56,715 bases of DNA from a virus. Taxonomy: Duplodnaviria; Heunggongvirae; Uroviricota; Caudoviricetes. The stretch's first letter is position 1. Each line of letters opens with the position of its first letter. Under the pieces are notes generated by a model that saw nothing but the letters and a program-made list of their open reading frames with translations, was not told the origin of the DNA and searched no databases. A program made the position numbers and the translations under genes. Positions 30,376 through 39,346 of the stretch are shown here, in pieces. The stretch is taken from IMG/VR virus record IMGVR_UViG_2622736468_000005. The stretch is one strand, 5' to 3'.

Positions 30376-30480
30376 GGATATTTATCAGGATTTATCGGTT
30401 TCTGAGCCCTGGATATGTTTATCAGTTCCAGCCTGTTGCCTCAGGCTGCTAACAGGTCAATACAATCATGAGGATTATTT

Positions 30481-30753
30481 ATGGACAATAACACCATTTC
30501 TCTACAGGAGTTGCTCGACAGCATTTCCAGGCTTCGGGAAGACGTGAATACCCTTACCGTCGCCTTCTCATATCTGGCATTCTCAATTCCAAGGGAACAG
30601 ATGCAATCAACGCTGGCATCAATCCAGTTTGAATCATGCAATCCCAAATGGTCTCAGGAACAACAAGACTCTTTCAGGCGGCTTGCTGTATTACTGGATG
30701 AAAAATATGCTGGTAAAATTACCATTTCGGCGGACTCTTCAGAGAACCCGTAA
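30481..30753 (+). CDS. hypothetical protein (opposite-strand gene inside lysis cassette)
   Basis: 90-aa ORF with GAGGA RBS 7 nt upstream; convergent with 30719..31063. Confidence 0.4.
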   Translation: MDNNTISLQELLDSISRLREDVNTLTVAFSYLAFSIPREQMQSTLASIQFESCNPKWSQEQQDSFRRLAVLLDEKYAGKITISADSSENP

Positions 30754-31063
30754 TTATTCCCGGTAGTTTTCCTCTGTAGGTTATCAACACATCCTGCGCC
30801 TCTAAAATTACGGGGCGCTTTTCCGGCGACTGCTCATCCCCTTCACATAACCCGGCAGCAACATCCAGGAAGACCTGTCTGATGCTCCTTCTGGCTGCTG
30901 CCTCATAAAACTCCAGCGCGGCACCTTCAACACGGTCCAGCGAGATGTCCAGGTCAAAAATTTCACCGTCAAAGCGTTTTTTGTCCCGTAACGCTAAAGT
31001 TACCGTAACTTTATTCTCAAAATTGCGGATCCCTTTCACAATCAGTTCATAGTTTTGAGTCAT
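30719..31063 (-). CDS. hypothetical protein between holin and endolysin
   Basis: 114-aa ORF with GGAGAG RBS; starts 4 nt after holin stop. Confidence 0.4.
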   Translation of the reverse strand: MTQNYELIVKGIRNFENKVTVTLALRDKKRFDGEIFDLDISLDRVEGAALEFYEAAARRSIRQVFLDVAAGLCEGDEQSPEKRPVILEAQDVLITYRGKLPGIITGSLKSPPKW

Positions 31064-31067
31064 TGAA

Positions 31068-31283
31068 TTACTCTCCCCGTGCCGCCTTACGACGGTCCTC
31101 TCTGATTTTGAAATACAGGTTAGTCAGATATGTCAGCAGCCCAAACAGCAGACTCCCCAGCACGCCTATTGCCGCCCACTGAGACGGGGAAACCCTGTCC
31201 AGCAACTGCAGGAACCAGTAGCCCGTTCCCACCGCTGACGTGGTGTATGACACACCTGTTGTGATTTTTTCCATCTGGTACAT
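31068..31283 (-). CDS. S: pinholin (phage 21 S-like class II holin)
   Basis: Start taken at Met27 of the track ORF 31068..31361 ([10 protein letters not shown]..., dual-start motif); two TM segments; C-terminus ...[22 protein letters not shown] matches S21. Confidence 0.8.
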   Translation of the reverse strand: MYQMEKITTGVSYTTSAVGTGYWFLQLLDRVSPSQWAAIGVLGSLLFGLLTYLTNLYFKIREDRRKAARGE

Positions 31284-31433
31284 ACCCCGTCTCCCGTTAT
31301 CCGGAAGCTGACAACAATAAAAAAAGCCACCAGTTAAGTACTGATGGCTCTGATAACTCATGCAGGCGTCTCAGACGACCCACTGACACTACCGGTGAGT
31401 TTAACGATACCTTCCATTTGACTGGCTCACTTT

Positions 31434-33302
31434 TTATGATGATGCCGGTGCATTTATCTCCAGCACCAGACTTTCTATCTCAACGCCATACGCTGCATTT
31501 TTTGTAACATCCGTCAGCGTCAGCGCATTCAGCCCCAGTGTCAGACTGTCTTTTATGACCTGGAATGCCGGGCCAACCAGTCCATTCAGTTTCGGAGTAA
31601 CCGTGGCACTGCCGGCGGTGAACACCAGCTCCAGCGTCTGCCAGTCGTTACTGTAATTCCCGAACTCGCCCAACTTTGTGTTTCCGGCTTTCTTGTGATG
31701 CATCAGATTCAGTTTGCCGTCTGTGGTCTGGGTGAAGAACGACATCAGGAACGGGTTACCAGTCCCGGTCATCGCCACGACGTCAGGTAACGCTACATCG
31801 GTATACAGATAAATTCCCAGACCGAACTGGTTGTTGGTCAGTGCGCCTGACAGTCGAAACTTACAGCTCAGTCTGCCACCCCGTGTCAGCAGGGAGACTG
31901 CGTCATCCACCGGGCGCGTCAGGGACCAGGCTTTATTGCTCTGCTTGGCGATCTTAAATACACCATCTGACAACTGAATTCCGCCATTCTTAATGCTCCA
32001 GCCCTGCGCAGCAGCATCTCCGGCTGTCGGCAACAGGGAGATTGTGCGTACGGATGCATCTTCAGACGGCCCCGATGGCGTGTCGCCGCCGGGCGAGGGT
32101 TTGATTTCCGGTGCCTTACCACTGATGAAGGCTGAGGTGCGACCGGCTACGTTCAGAATAGCAGTTGCCATACGATCCGGAATAATGCTCCTGCGCGCCC
32201 ATGAACTGAAATGTGTCGGGCGGTTTGATGATACCTGGTTTCCATTCGTTCTCGATGCCGCACCGTAATATCCTGATGCCGGAATATCCGGATCTTCTGC
32301 CGGTGCGTTAGTGGCGGTATTGACGCCGTTACCGTCTGTCATGAAGGGCACAAAATAAACGCCCTCACTCTCCCTGTTTTTATACCCTCCGTACACGGTG
32401 TCGTACTGGGTAGCGTATGTATTTTTCCAGTAATACGTCGTGTCACCACAAATCCACGGCACATCTGCAGCACTGCCACCATGACACTGCGCGTTAAACA
32501 CAGTGAGGTCAGCACGAAACTGCTTCAGCATGGCTGTAAACAGCGCAGGTTGCTGTGCGTAGGTGGCGGCGCTCATGTCAAACTCTCCCTGCATCCAGCA
32601 CACCGCCAGCAACACATTTTTCGGGTTCTTCTGTAATGCAGCTTTAGTGCGCGCAATCAGGTCCTGATATAACGGTTTACCCACACCCCAGCGTGCCGAA
32701 TCCTGGCTGGCCCCCGTGTCCGCACTGAATGTCCCCTCCGCGCCCTGGGTGAATGCCGAACCACCACGACAGCATGGTACCAGCAGGATCCCCGCGTTAT
32801 TCGGGATATACGGAAGCAGTTTTTTGGCAATATGTAAGCCCTGGCCGACACAGCCGTACTGCCCTTTGCTCAGGTCTGCCTTCGGATGATTCAGCGTACT
32901 CATATCCTGCACATCATGCAGGCAGTGGTCGGCCGGAATAATATCGTTATATCTGCAGGCAGCCCCACCCGGCGTCACTGTACTGCGGCGCGCCAGCTGT
33001 TTAATGCGCGGATCCGGAGCATCGTATGAATCCGGCAGCGGAAGCCCTTCACCGTAAGCCATGGCATTGGACTGCCCGGCCAGTACGATGACGTAGTACC
33101 ACTCCGGCTCAGTTGCACCACTGACGACCACATCACCTTCTGCTGCAATCGCCTGCATCAGGGTATAAGGGGTTATGGCCACCGGACTACCAAACGGCTG
33201 CCAGCCCTCTTTCAGTTTATGTGTCAGCTTTTCCGCAAGATCTGACGGCGACGCCGCCCTGACAACATCATAGTGTTTAAATGCCATGGTTCTTTCCACC
33301 AT
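31434..33302 (-). CDS. prophage-encoded sialate O-acetylesterase-like protein (NanS-p / YjhS family, SGNH-type)
   Basis: 622-aa ORF with VIVLAGQSNAMAYG esterase motif; located between tRNA/Q region and lysis genes, as nanS-p is in Stx-type prophages. Confidence 0.65.
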   Translation of the reverse strand: MVERTMAFKHYDVVRAASPSDLAEKLTHKLKEGWQPFGSPVAITPYTLMQAIAAEGDVVVSGATEPEWYYVIVLAGQSNAMAYGEGLPLPDSYDAPDPRIKQLARRSTVTPGGAACRYNDIIPADHCLHDVQDMSTLNHPKADLSKGQYGCVGQGLHIAKKLLPYIPNNAGILLVPCCRGGSAFTQGAEGTFSADTGASQDSARWGVGKPLYQDLIARTKAALQKNPKNVLLAVCWMQGEFDMSAATYAQQPALFTAMLKQFRADLTVFNAQCHGGSAADVPWICGDTTYYWKNTYATQYDTVYGGYKNRESEGVYFVPFMTDGNGVNTATNAPAEDPDIPASGYYGAASRTNGNQVSSNRPTHFSSWARRSIIPDRMATAILNVAGRTSAFISGKAPEIKPSPGGDTPSGPSEDASVRTISLLPTAGDAAAQGWSIKNGGIQLSDGVFKIAKQSNKAWSLTRPVDDAVSLLTRGGRLSCKFRLSGALTNNQFGLGIYLYTDVALPDVVAMTGTGNPFLMSFFTQTTDGKLNLMHHKKAGNTKLGEFGNYSNDWQTLELVFTAGSATVTPKLNGLVGPAFQVIKDSLTLGLNALTLTDVTKNAAYGVEIESLVLEINAPASS

Positions 33303-33547
33303 CTGAAAAATGATTCTTTAAAATACCTGACATGTAATACAGAAAAAACACAAAACCATACCTTAAATAAAAACCTCATCATCAAGCAGATATGCATGGA
33401 TAAACTACAAGACGAGATATAAACCACCCTGCATTTAAATAAACAATAAACAACATCAGAAAAATAATTCTGCTCTATGGTTTACAATCAAAAATATCAT
33501 TTATACTTTTCAGAACATCACCAGCAAGGCATAAACAAGGAAACTAA

Positions 33548-33883
33548 ATGAAGTGGATTGTGATTGATACAGTTATCCAGCCATCATGCGGAATATCTTT
33601 TTCAGTCATATGGAGTAAAATAAAATTAATAATCTGGTATCAATCGGATGCTTTCTTACCTCCTGAAAGTATATTTACACTGACTCACACAGGCATCATG
33701 CTCAATAACAAAGTGCTACCTGTAACCATTTACAACGTAGTACCATTCAATAAAACATTCTGGAATTTAATCAAAAACAGCCAGGAATGCCCTACAAATA
33801 CAGATAACGTATTGAATGAATGCTTTAATAACCGTTGCACTCTGCAAATATGTCCTTATGGGCTAAAACAACAAAGTCCATAA
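33548..33883 (+). CDS. hypothetical Cys-containing protein, very AT-rich orphan gene
   Basis: 111-aa ORF; upstream TTTACA-17 bp-TATACT promoter-like sequence and AAGGA RBS; no recognisable family. Confidence 0.35.
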   Translation: MKWIVIDTVIQPSCGISFSVIWSKIKLIIWYQSDAFLPPESIFTLTHTGIMLNNKVLPVTIYNVVPFNKTFWNLIKNSQECPTNTDNVLNECFNNRCTLQICPYGLKQQSP

Positions 33884-33918
33884 GCAGTTTACTCACATCT
33901 GACAAAATCAATATAAAC

Positions 33919-34140
33919 AGCCCCTCCGGAGAGGGGCTGGAGAGTGGCGCTATGTGCCATTGCATGGTGCCGGGTGCCTCCCGGTGAATTCAGTACCAGC
34001 ACCTGAATCCGCGATTATCCCATATACCTACTCGCTGATTACCCCTCCGCACAGGGGGATTCACCATGCGAAATTTTTTAACAAACTTCCCGCCGGCCAG
34101 ACAATAATCGCCAGCCTGAATTATGAGCAACGTGGCATTT
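33919..34140. repeat. repeat element copy A (~220 bp) beginning with perfect 20-bp palindrome agcccctccggagaggggct
   Basis: Shares palindrome and several conserved blocks (gcatggtgcc..cctcccggt.aattcag, gggggattcaccatgcga, ttttaacaaa, cagacaat) with copy B; compensatory changes in stems. Confidence 0.55.
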
Positions 34141-34381
34141 TACGGGAAAACTGTTTTCTGCAGTAAAAAGGCCCGCCGGAGCGAGCCTGGAAGGATAGCG
34201 GTCATGTGATGCCGGTTTCCCGGTAACTCAGCATCGGTATCTGAGTCAACGTTTTCTCTACTGGGTCATTTCCGATACGTTCCGCCTTCCGGCAGACTTT
34301 CATCACGTCAGAAAATATAGCACCCTGAGTAACAGGACAGTACTCAGAATTCAGGAAACTGTGACACATCCTGCACAGAAA

Positions 34382-34600
34382 AGCCCCTCCGGAGAGGGGC
34401 TGAAGTATAGCCTAATTTCTGTCTGTCGCATGGTGCCAGGGGCCTCCCGGTAAATTCAGCCTGTCTACTGAATTTGCATGTTCTCTGGATCATACACTTT
34501 GCCAGATGCCCCGCCGCTGAGGGGGATTCACCATGCGATGTAATTTTTAACAAATTCTCCGGCAGCCAGACAATCATCAAGCTGTGGAATTGTGAGGTAT
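34382..34600. repeat. repeat element copy B (paralog of 33919..34140)
   Basis: Same palindrome and conserved blocks; hairpin aaattcag-cctgtcta-ctgaattt. Confidence 0.55.
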
Positions 34601-34749
34601 TTAAAAATTTCAACGGGTAACTGATACCCTGCTAATCGCCTGATGCTTTCTTTTTCAGCAACGGGAAAGCAACAACCACACACCCGCCACCAAAACACCA
34701 TCAGACAGCACCGACATTATCCGGCTGCTGAAGTCCACCATCACCACCA

Positions 34750-34826
34750 GAAACAACAGGAGTGCAACCACAGCTGCTTAGAAGGCAATTGCTCTGTCCG
34801 GCTGAGCTAACAACGCATGATGCAGA
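34750..34826 (-). other. degenerate tRNA-Arg(UCU)-like remnant
   Basis: 5' half has tRNA-like D-arm and CCTTCTAAG anticodon loop; T-arm and acceptor 3' strand do not pair. Confidence 0.3.
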
Positions 34827-34829
34827 TAA

Positions 34830-34906
34830 TGGACCGCCATCGGGGACTTGAACCCCGCGCAGCCAGCTTCGAAGGCTGGCGCTCTATCCCGATGAGCTAA
34901 TGGCGG
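34830..34906 (-). tRNA. tRNA-Arg (anticodon read as TCG)
   Basis: 77-nt cloverleaf on minus strand: acceptor CCGCCAT/ATGGCGG, D-arm GCTCATCGGGATAGAGC, anticodon loop CTTCGAA, T-arm CGGGGTTCAAGTCCCCG, 3' TCCA. Confidence 0.7.
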
Positions 34907-34913
34907 TATGTGA

Positions 34914-34989
34914 TGGTGGCCCTTGCTGGATTTGAACCAGCGACCTGGCGATTATGAGTCGCTCGCTCTCACCACTGAGCTAAAGGGCC
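34914..34989 (-). tRNA. tRNA-Ile2 (anticodon CAT, ileX/ileZ-like) or tRNA-Met
   Basis: 76-nt minus-strand sequence GGCCCTTTAGCTCAGTGGTGAGAGCGAGCGACTCATAATCGCCAGGTCGCTGGTTCAAATCCAGCAAGGGCCACCA; 7-bp acceptor stem, CTCATAA loop. Confidence 0.8.
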
Positions 34990-35038
34990 GGAAGCAGAAT
35001 AATAATGGTGCGTAATTAATTCTGCAATCTCATCCGTT

Positions 35039-36088
35039 TCAAACGATTAAATCCTGAACTTCCCTGACTGTCTGCTCAAAACGTCCGGTCTCCAGTTCAA
35101 CGCCAATCGCACGACGCCCGAGCGCCAGTGCAGCTTTTACCGTTGAACCTGAGCCCATAAAAAAATCTGCAACCAGGTCACCCGGACGACTGCTTGCGCT
35201 GATTATCTGCTGCAGCATTTCTGCCGGTTTTTCGCACGGATGTTTCCCGGGATAGAACTGCACCGGTTTATGTGTCCACACATCCGTGTACGGCACCTGC
35301 GCCGTCACACCAAAATACCGCCGCAGATGCTTATATTCACTCTGCAGCTCCACATACTGCCGGTTCAGTGACGTATACGTATCCACCAGCTGGTGGTGGG
35401 GCTTTTCCAGTTCACCGCGCTGATGTTTCTCTTCTGCCACCCGGGCAAACAGCGACTGTAATTTCAGATAATCGCTTTCGTTCGGTAGCTGCCACTGACT
35501 GGCACTGAACCAGTGCGACACCATGTTTTTCTTTCCTGTGGCATCTGCAATCTGTTTTGCCGTTATCCCCAGGGCCGCGCGCGCATCACGAAAGTAAGAA
35601 ATCAGCGGGGCCATCACATGCTGTTTCAGTGCACTGCCCTTCGCCGCATACCCGGCATCTTTCGGACGATACGGCCCCTGATAATGTTCCGCGAACAGAA
35701 TGCGCTCTGTGGCGGGGAAATACGCCCGCAGGCTTTCCTTGTTGCATCCGTTCCAGCGTCCGGACGGCTTCGCCCAGATAATATGGTTCAGCACACTGAA
35801 GCGTTCACGCATCATGATTTCGATATCAGATGCCAGGCGATGACCACAGAACAGGTAAAGACTTCCGGCAGGTTTCAGCACCCGCCAGAACTGCGCCAGA
35901 CACTGGTCCAGCCACTTCAGGTAATCATCGTCGCCCTTCCACTGGTTATCCCAGCCCTCAGGCTTCACTTTAAAGTACGGCGGGTCCGTGACTATCAGGT
36001 CAACAGAATTTTCGGGTAACGACCGGATAAATTCCAGGCAGTCGGCGTTGATTAACTCACAACTGGATATTTTTACAGTATTAAGCAT
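35039..36088 (-). CDS. orphan DNA methyltransferase (N6-adenine/N4-cytosine type, DPPY motif)
   Basis: 349-aa ORF with catalytic DPPY (LIVTDPPYF) and C-terminal SAM-binding FxGxG (FFMGSGST); no adjacent restriction enzyme. Confidence 0.8.
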   Translation of the reverse strand: MLNTVKISSCELINADCLEFIRSLPENSVDLIVTDPPYFKVKPEGWDNQWKGDDDYLKWLDQCLAQFWRVLKPAGSLYLFCGHRLASDIEIMMRERFSVLNHIIWAKPSGRWNGCNKESLRAYFPATERILFAEHYQGPYRPKDAGYAAKGSALKQHVMAPLISYFRDARAALGITAKQIADATGKKNMVSHWFSASQWQLPNESDYLKLQSLFARVAEEKHQRGELEKPHHQLVDTYTSLNRQYVELQSEYKHLRRYFGVTAQVPYTDVWTHKPVQFYPGKHPCEKPAEMLQQIISASSRPGDLVADFFMGSGSTVKAALALGRRAIGVELETGRFEQTVREVQDLIV

Positions 36089-36224
36089 GGATCATTAAGC
36101 CTGTCTCTGATAGGCTCATTCTGCTTTTGCGCAAAGCAGTGGGCCTGAGGTTTGCTTGTGAACCCAACGCATGAGCAGATGGCTGGTGGGTGCCCCTAAC
36201 ACCCACCAGCCGCCCATTTACCAC

Positions 36225-36255
36225 AAATAAAAAAGCCTTCACTGCGGAAGGCGTC
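36225..36255 (-). terminator. intrinsic terminator (gccttc-cgcagt-gaaggc + T6)
   Basis: Minus-strand hairpin followed by ttttttatttg, between small ORF and methyltransferase gene. Confidence 0.5.
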
Positions 36256-36436
36256 TGTAACAACCGAACTGATAGTCTGCCAGACCCGCCATAACCAGCT
36301 GGGTCAGTATTAACTGGCAGCGTTCGCGTGAAAGGTAAGTATTCTGCGCTATCTCCCCGACTGTCGCCGGTTCGGTAACGCTTAATTCATTAAACACCAC
36401 TCTGGCGGTTTCTGTCATATCCTGCTGTTTTAGCAT
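36239..36436 (-). CDS. hypothetical small protein downstream of Q (start at internal Met)
   Basis: About 65 aa (MLKQQDMTETARVVFNELSV...); may instead be non-coding late leader. Confidence 0.25.
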   Translation of the reverse strand: MLKQQDMTETARVVFNELSVTEPATVGEIAQNTYLSRERCQLILTQLVMAGLADYQFGCYRRLPQ

Positions 36437-36564
36437 GTCTTTTTCCCTTTTCCGGTTAACGTGACACACCAATAACTCTTGTCGAAAAAGCCAGCAAGCT
36501 GAAAGACAGGTATTCACCGCCACCAGCGCGTTTACTGTACTGACGCGATTTCAGTCATAAAAAA

Positions 36565-36590
36565 CCCGCCAGGCGGCGGGGTGTAAAAAA
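36565..36590 (-). terminator. candidate tR'-like intrinsic terminator just downstream of Q
   Basis: Minus-strand cccgcc-gcctg-gcggg followed by tttttta about 75-100 nt after Q stop; upstream TTGATT...TAAATT promoter-like sequence could be pR'. Confidence 0.4.
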
Positions 36591-36662
36591 TCTTCTAACG
36601 TCAGGCATAAAACGCCCATCGTTAGAGCAAATTTACCACAGATTCGGGAAAAATCAACAACA

Positions 36663-37484
36663 CTATCGCGTTACCCTCTTTAACTGCCGCTCCGCCCATG
36701 CCTCTTCAATGTCAAACCGAACCACCAACGTATCGTAAAAGCGTTTCACTGATTTTTTCCACGTATCAAGCGTGATAGCACTCGTCACTTTGCATATGGC
36801 ATTAAATGCCTCCGTTGATGGCAGCCTTTCACAGCCACGACCACCACAACGCTGGCAATCTCTGATAACAGGCATACCACGTTTTACCGACTCTTCACGA
36901 TGAATGGCGACACCACGCCCACGGCAATCCTTACAGGCGGTGGAAACCTCACCCTTTCCGCCACACTCCGGACAGGCAACTTTTACCACCTCCCTGACTT
37001 TTTTCCATTCTTCCCAGTAAGACGGATACACGCCTTTTGTGCACTTTGCCCACACTGGTGGCTTACCATCCGGATACTGGATCTTGTTTGTAAAAACCTC
37101 GCTTTCAATAAATTTTTTTCCGTGACAGCAGGGGCACTGTTTTTTGCTCGCCGCGCTACGGGCATAATCTTCAAACGCATACGAAGCCATAATGCGCATC
37201 ACTACCGGTTTTATTTCTGCCGGAAGTTTTCTCAACGCCGCCACACGATCGCACCGACTGAGTGCATAATCTGCCAGTAATTCTGTTGCCCGCGCCCTGT
37301 CATTCATACTGATGCCCATTTTCCCCAGGAACGCAGAAACCCCCATCTCAGCCCGATTCTGTGTCATGCCCTGCGCGGCCATCACATCAGTGATACTCAG
37401 CGCATCTTTTGACGTTGAGGCCGATGCATCGGTCAGGCCAGGGGATTTTGGGGAGTAGTATTTCGGTAAATCTTCCAGTTTCAT
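36663..37484 (-). CDS. Q: late-gene antiterminator Q (zinc-binding type)
   Basis: 273-aa ORF with multiple CxxC pairs (CPCCHGK, CPECGGKG, CKDCRGRG, CQRCGGRG); positioned after rusA and before late operon. Confidence 0.7.
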   Translation of the reverse strand: MKLEDLPKYYSPKSPGLTDASASTSKDALSITDVMAAQGMTQNRAEMGVSAFLGKMGISMNDRARATELLADYALSRCDRVAALRKLPAEIKPVVMRIMASYAFEDYARSAASKKQCPCCHGKKFIESEVFTNKIQYPDGKPPVWAKCTKGVYPSYWEEWKKVREVVKVACPECGGKGEVSTACKDCRGRGVAIHREESVKRGMPVIRDCQRCGGRGCERLPSTEAFNAICKVTSAITLDTWKKSVKRFYDTLVVRFDIEEAWAERQLKRVTR

Positions 37485-37855
37485 TTTTTGACCTGCTCTT
37501 CATGCATTATGGGGTAAATCTTCACCCCCATACGTCCACCAGATACTGGCTGACCACGAACGATATTGATTTCATCAAACTGCTCATCGTCCATTAACAC
37601 TCCCGCATGCGTCAGCGCATCCAGCGGTGCTTTCAGGATATTGTCCAGGTCGCGACGACGCTTATCCGGTGGCTCTGCAATCACCTTTATCGCCAGCCTT
37701 CCGGACAGGCTTAATTTCAGCCGCTGCTGGCGAACAATAAGCGCCACAGCCCGGCGATAACGCTTTCCCTCCTCCGAGATAAAATATGTGCTGCCACGGC
37801 GTCGCCAGTAAGTGTTCACCGTCGGCGGGTAAGGTAAAACCAAATCTATGAGCAT
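37481..37855 (-). CDS. rusA: Holliday junction resolvase RusA
   Basis: 124-aa ORF; N-terminus MLIDLVLPYPPTVNTYWRRRG and RRRDLDNILKAPLDAL match RusA family. Confidence 0.85.
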   Translation of the reverse strand: MLIDLVLPYPPTVNTYWRRRGSTYFISEEGKRYRRAVALIVRQQRLKLSLSGRLAIKVIAEPPDKRRRDLDNILKAPLDALTHAGVLMDDEQFDEINIVRGQPVSGGRMGVKIYPIMHEEQVKK

Positions 37856-38132
37856 CAGTCACCTCTTTTACCCAAGCACGCCAGTTGCAAAGGCGTGATC
37901 AAGAAAACGAAAAATTAAATCAACCTGAGAACCATGCTTTTCTTCGAACGCCAGAGGATCCGCATGAAGCTCGTTGTGATGCTCCCGACACAGCGGTAGC
38001 GTGAAAATATCGTGAGATTTTGTCCCCATTCCGCCCTGACCATGACCAATCAGGTGATGGGGATCGTCGGCTGGCTTATGAACCGCCCCGGGAATCCTGG
38101 AGACTAAACTTCCTGAGAAAGAGGTAAACAGG

Positions 38133-38459
38133 ATGACTAAAAATACTCGTTTTTCCCCCGAAGTCCGTCAACGGGCAGTCCGTATGGTTCTGGAAAGTCA
38201 GAGCGAATATGACTCACAATGGGCGACAATTTGTTCCATTGCTCCAAAGATTGGCTGTACGCCGGAGACTCTGCGTGTCTGGGTTCGCCAGCATGAGCGG
38301 GATACCGGGGGCGGTGATGGAGGGCTCACCACCGCTGAACGTCAGCGTCTGAAAGAGCTGGAGCGTGAAAATCGTGAACTGCGCCGCAGTAACGATATCC
38401 TTCGCCAGGCTTCCGCTTATTTTGCGAAGGCGGAGTTCGACCGCCTCTGGAAAAAATGA
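38133..38459 (+). CDS. IS629 transposase OrfA (HTH)
   Basis: 108-aa [25 protein letters not shown]...; slippery A AAA AAT at its end. Confidence 0.85.
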   Translation: MTKNTRFSPEVRQRAVRMVLESQSEYDSQWATICSIAPKIGCTPETLRVWVRQHERDTGGGDGGLTTAERQRLKELERENRELRRSNDILRQASAYFAKAEFDRLWKK

Positions 38460-39346
38460 TGCCACTGCTGGATAAGCTGCGTGAGCAGTACGGGGTCGGA
38501 CCGCTATGCAGCGAACTGCATATTGCCCCGTCAACGTATTACCACTGTCAGCAACAGCGACATCATCCGGATAAACGCAGTGCCCGTGCGCAGCGCGATG
38601 ACTGGCTGAAGAAAGAGATACAGCGCGTATACGATGAAAATCACAAGGTATACGGTGTGCGTAAAGTCTGGCGTCAGTTGTTACGGGAAGGTATCAGAGT
38701 GGCCAGATGCACTGTGGCACGTCTCATGGCGGTTATGGGACTTGCCGGTGTTCTCCGGGGTAAAAAGGTCCGTACGACCATCAGCCGGAAAGCCGTTGCC
38801 GCAGGCGACCGCGTAAACCGTCAGTTCGTGGCAGAACGACCTGACCAGCTGTGGGTGGCTGATTTTACTTACGTCAGCACATGGCAGGGCTTCGTCTATG
38901 TGGCGTTCATCATTGATGTGTTTGCCGGATACATCGTGGGGTGGCGGGTCTCATCGTCCATGGAAACGACATTCGTGCTGGATGCACTGGAGCAGGCGTT
39001 ATGGGCCCGTCGACCGTCCGGCACGGTCCATCACAGTGATAAAGGTTCTCAGTATGTATCGCTGGCCTACACACAGCGGCTTAAGGAAGCCGGATTACTG
39101 GCATCAACAGGAAGTACAGGCGACTCGTATGACAACGCGATGGCGGAGAGCATCAATGGTCTTTACAAAGCGGAGGTAATACACCGTAAGAGCTGGAAAA
39201 ACCGTGCAGAAGTGGAACTGGCCACACTCACGTGGGTGGACTGGTATAACAATCGACGATTGCTGGAAAGGCTGGGCCATACTCCTCCGGCAGAAGCAGA
39301 AAAAGCTTATTATGCTTCCATCGGAAACGATGATCTGGCAGCCTGA
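38456..39346 (+). CDS. IS629 transposase OrfB (DDE integrase domain)
   Basis: 296-aa ORF overlapping orfA in -1 frame; DDE-type catalytic core. Confidence 0.85.
   Translation: MMPLLDKLREQYGVGPLCSELHIAPSTYYHCQQQRHHPDKRSARAQRDDWLKKEIQRVYDENHKVYGVRKVWRQLLREGIRVARCTVARLMAVMGLAGVLRGKKVRTTISRKAVAAGDRVNRQFVAERPDQLWVADFTYVSTWQGFVYVAFIIDVFAGYIVGWRVSSSMETTFVLDALEQALWARRPSGTVHHSDKGSQYVSLAYTQRLKEAGLLASTGSTGDSYDNAMAESINGLYKAEVIHRKSWKNRAEVELATLTWVDWYNNRRLLERLGHTPPAEAEKAYYASIGNDDLAA

Noticed and set aside
33954-34613. Track ORFs 33954..34166 (+) and 34344..34613 (-) inside the repeat elements
   Set aside because: The two repeat copies do not conserve any reading frame (stops and frameshifts between copies); conserved features are stem-loops, so these are treated as non-coding.
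33303-34829. Shiga toxin genes stxA/stxB at the canonical tRNA-to-nanS locus
   Set aside because: No ORF of appropriate size or composition (about 320-aa A subunit with following about 90-aa B subunit with signal peptides) is present; the locus holds an orphan AT-rich ORF and two structured repeat elements instead.
36436-36523. N-terminal extension of the small ORF downstream of Q
   Set aside because: The extension overlaps the putative pR'/tR' leader; a shorter ORF from the internal Met, or no coding function at all, is more plausible.
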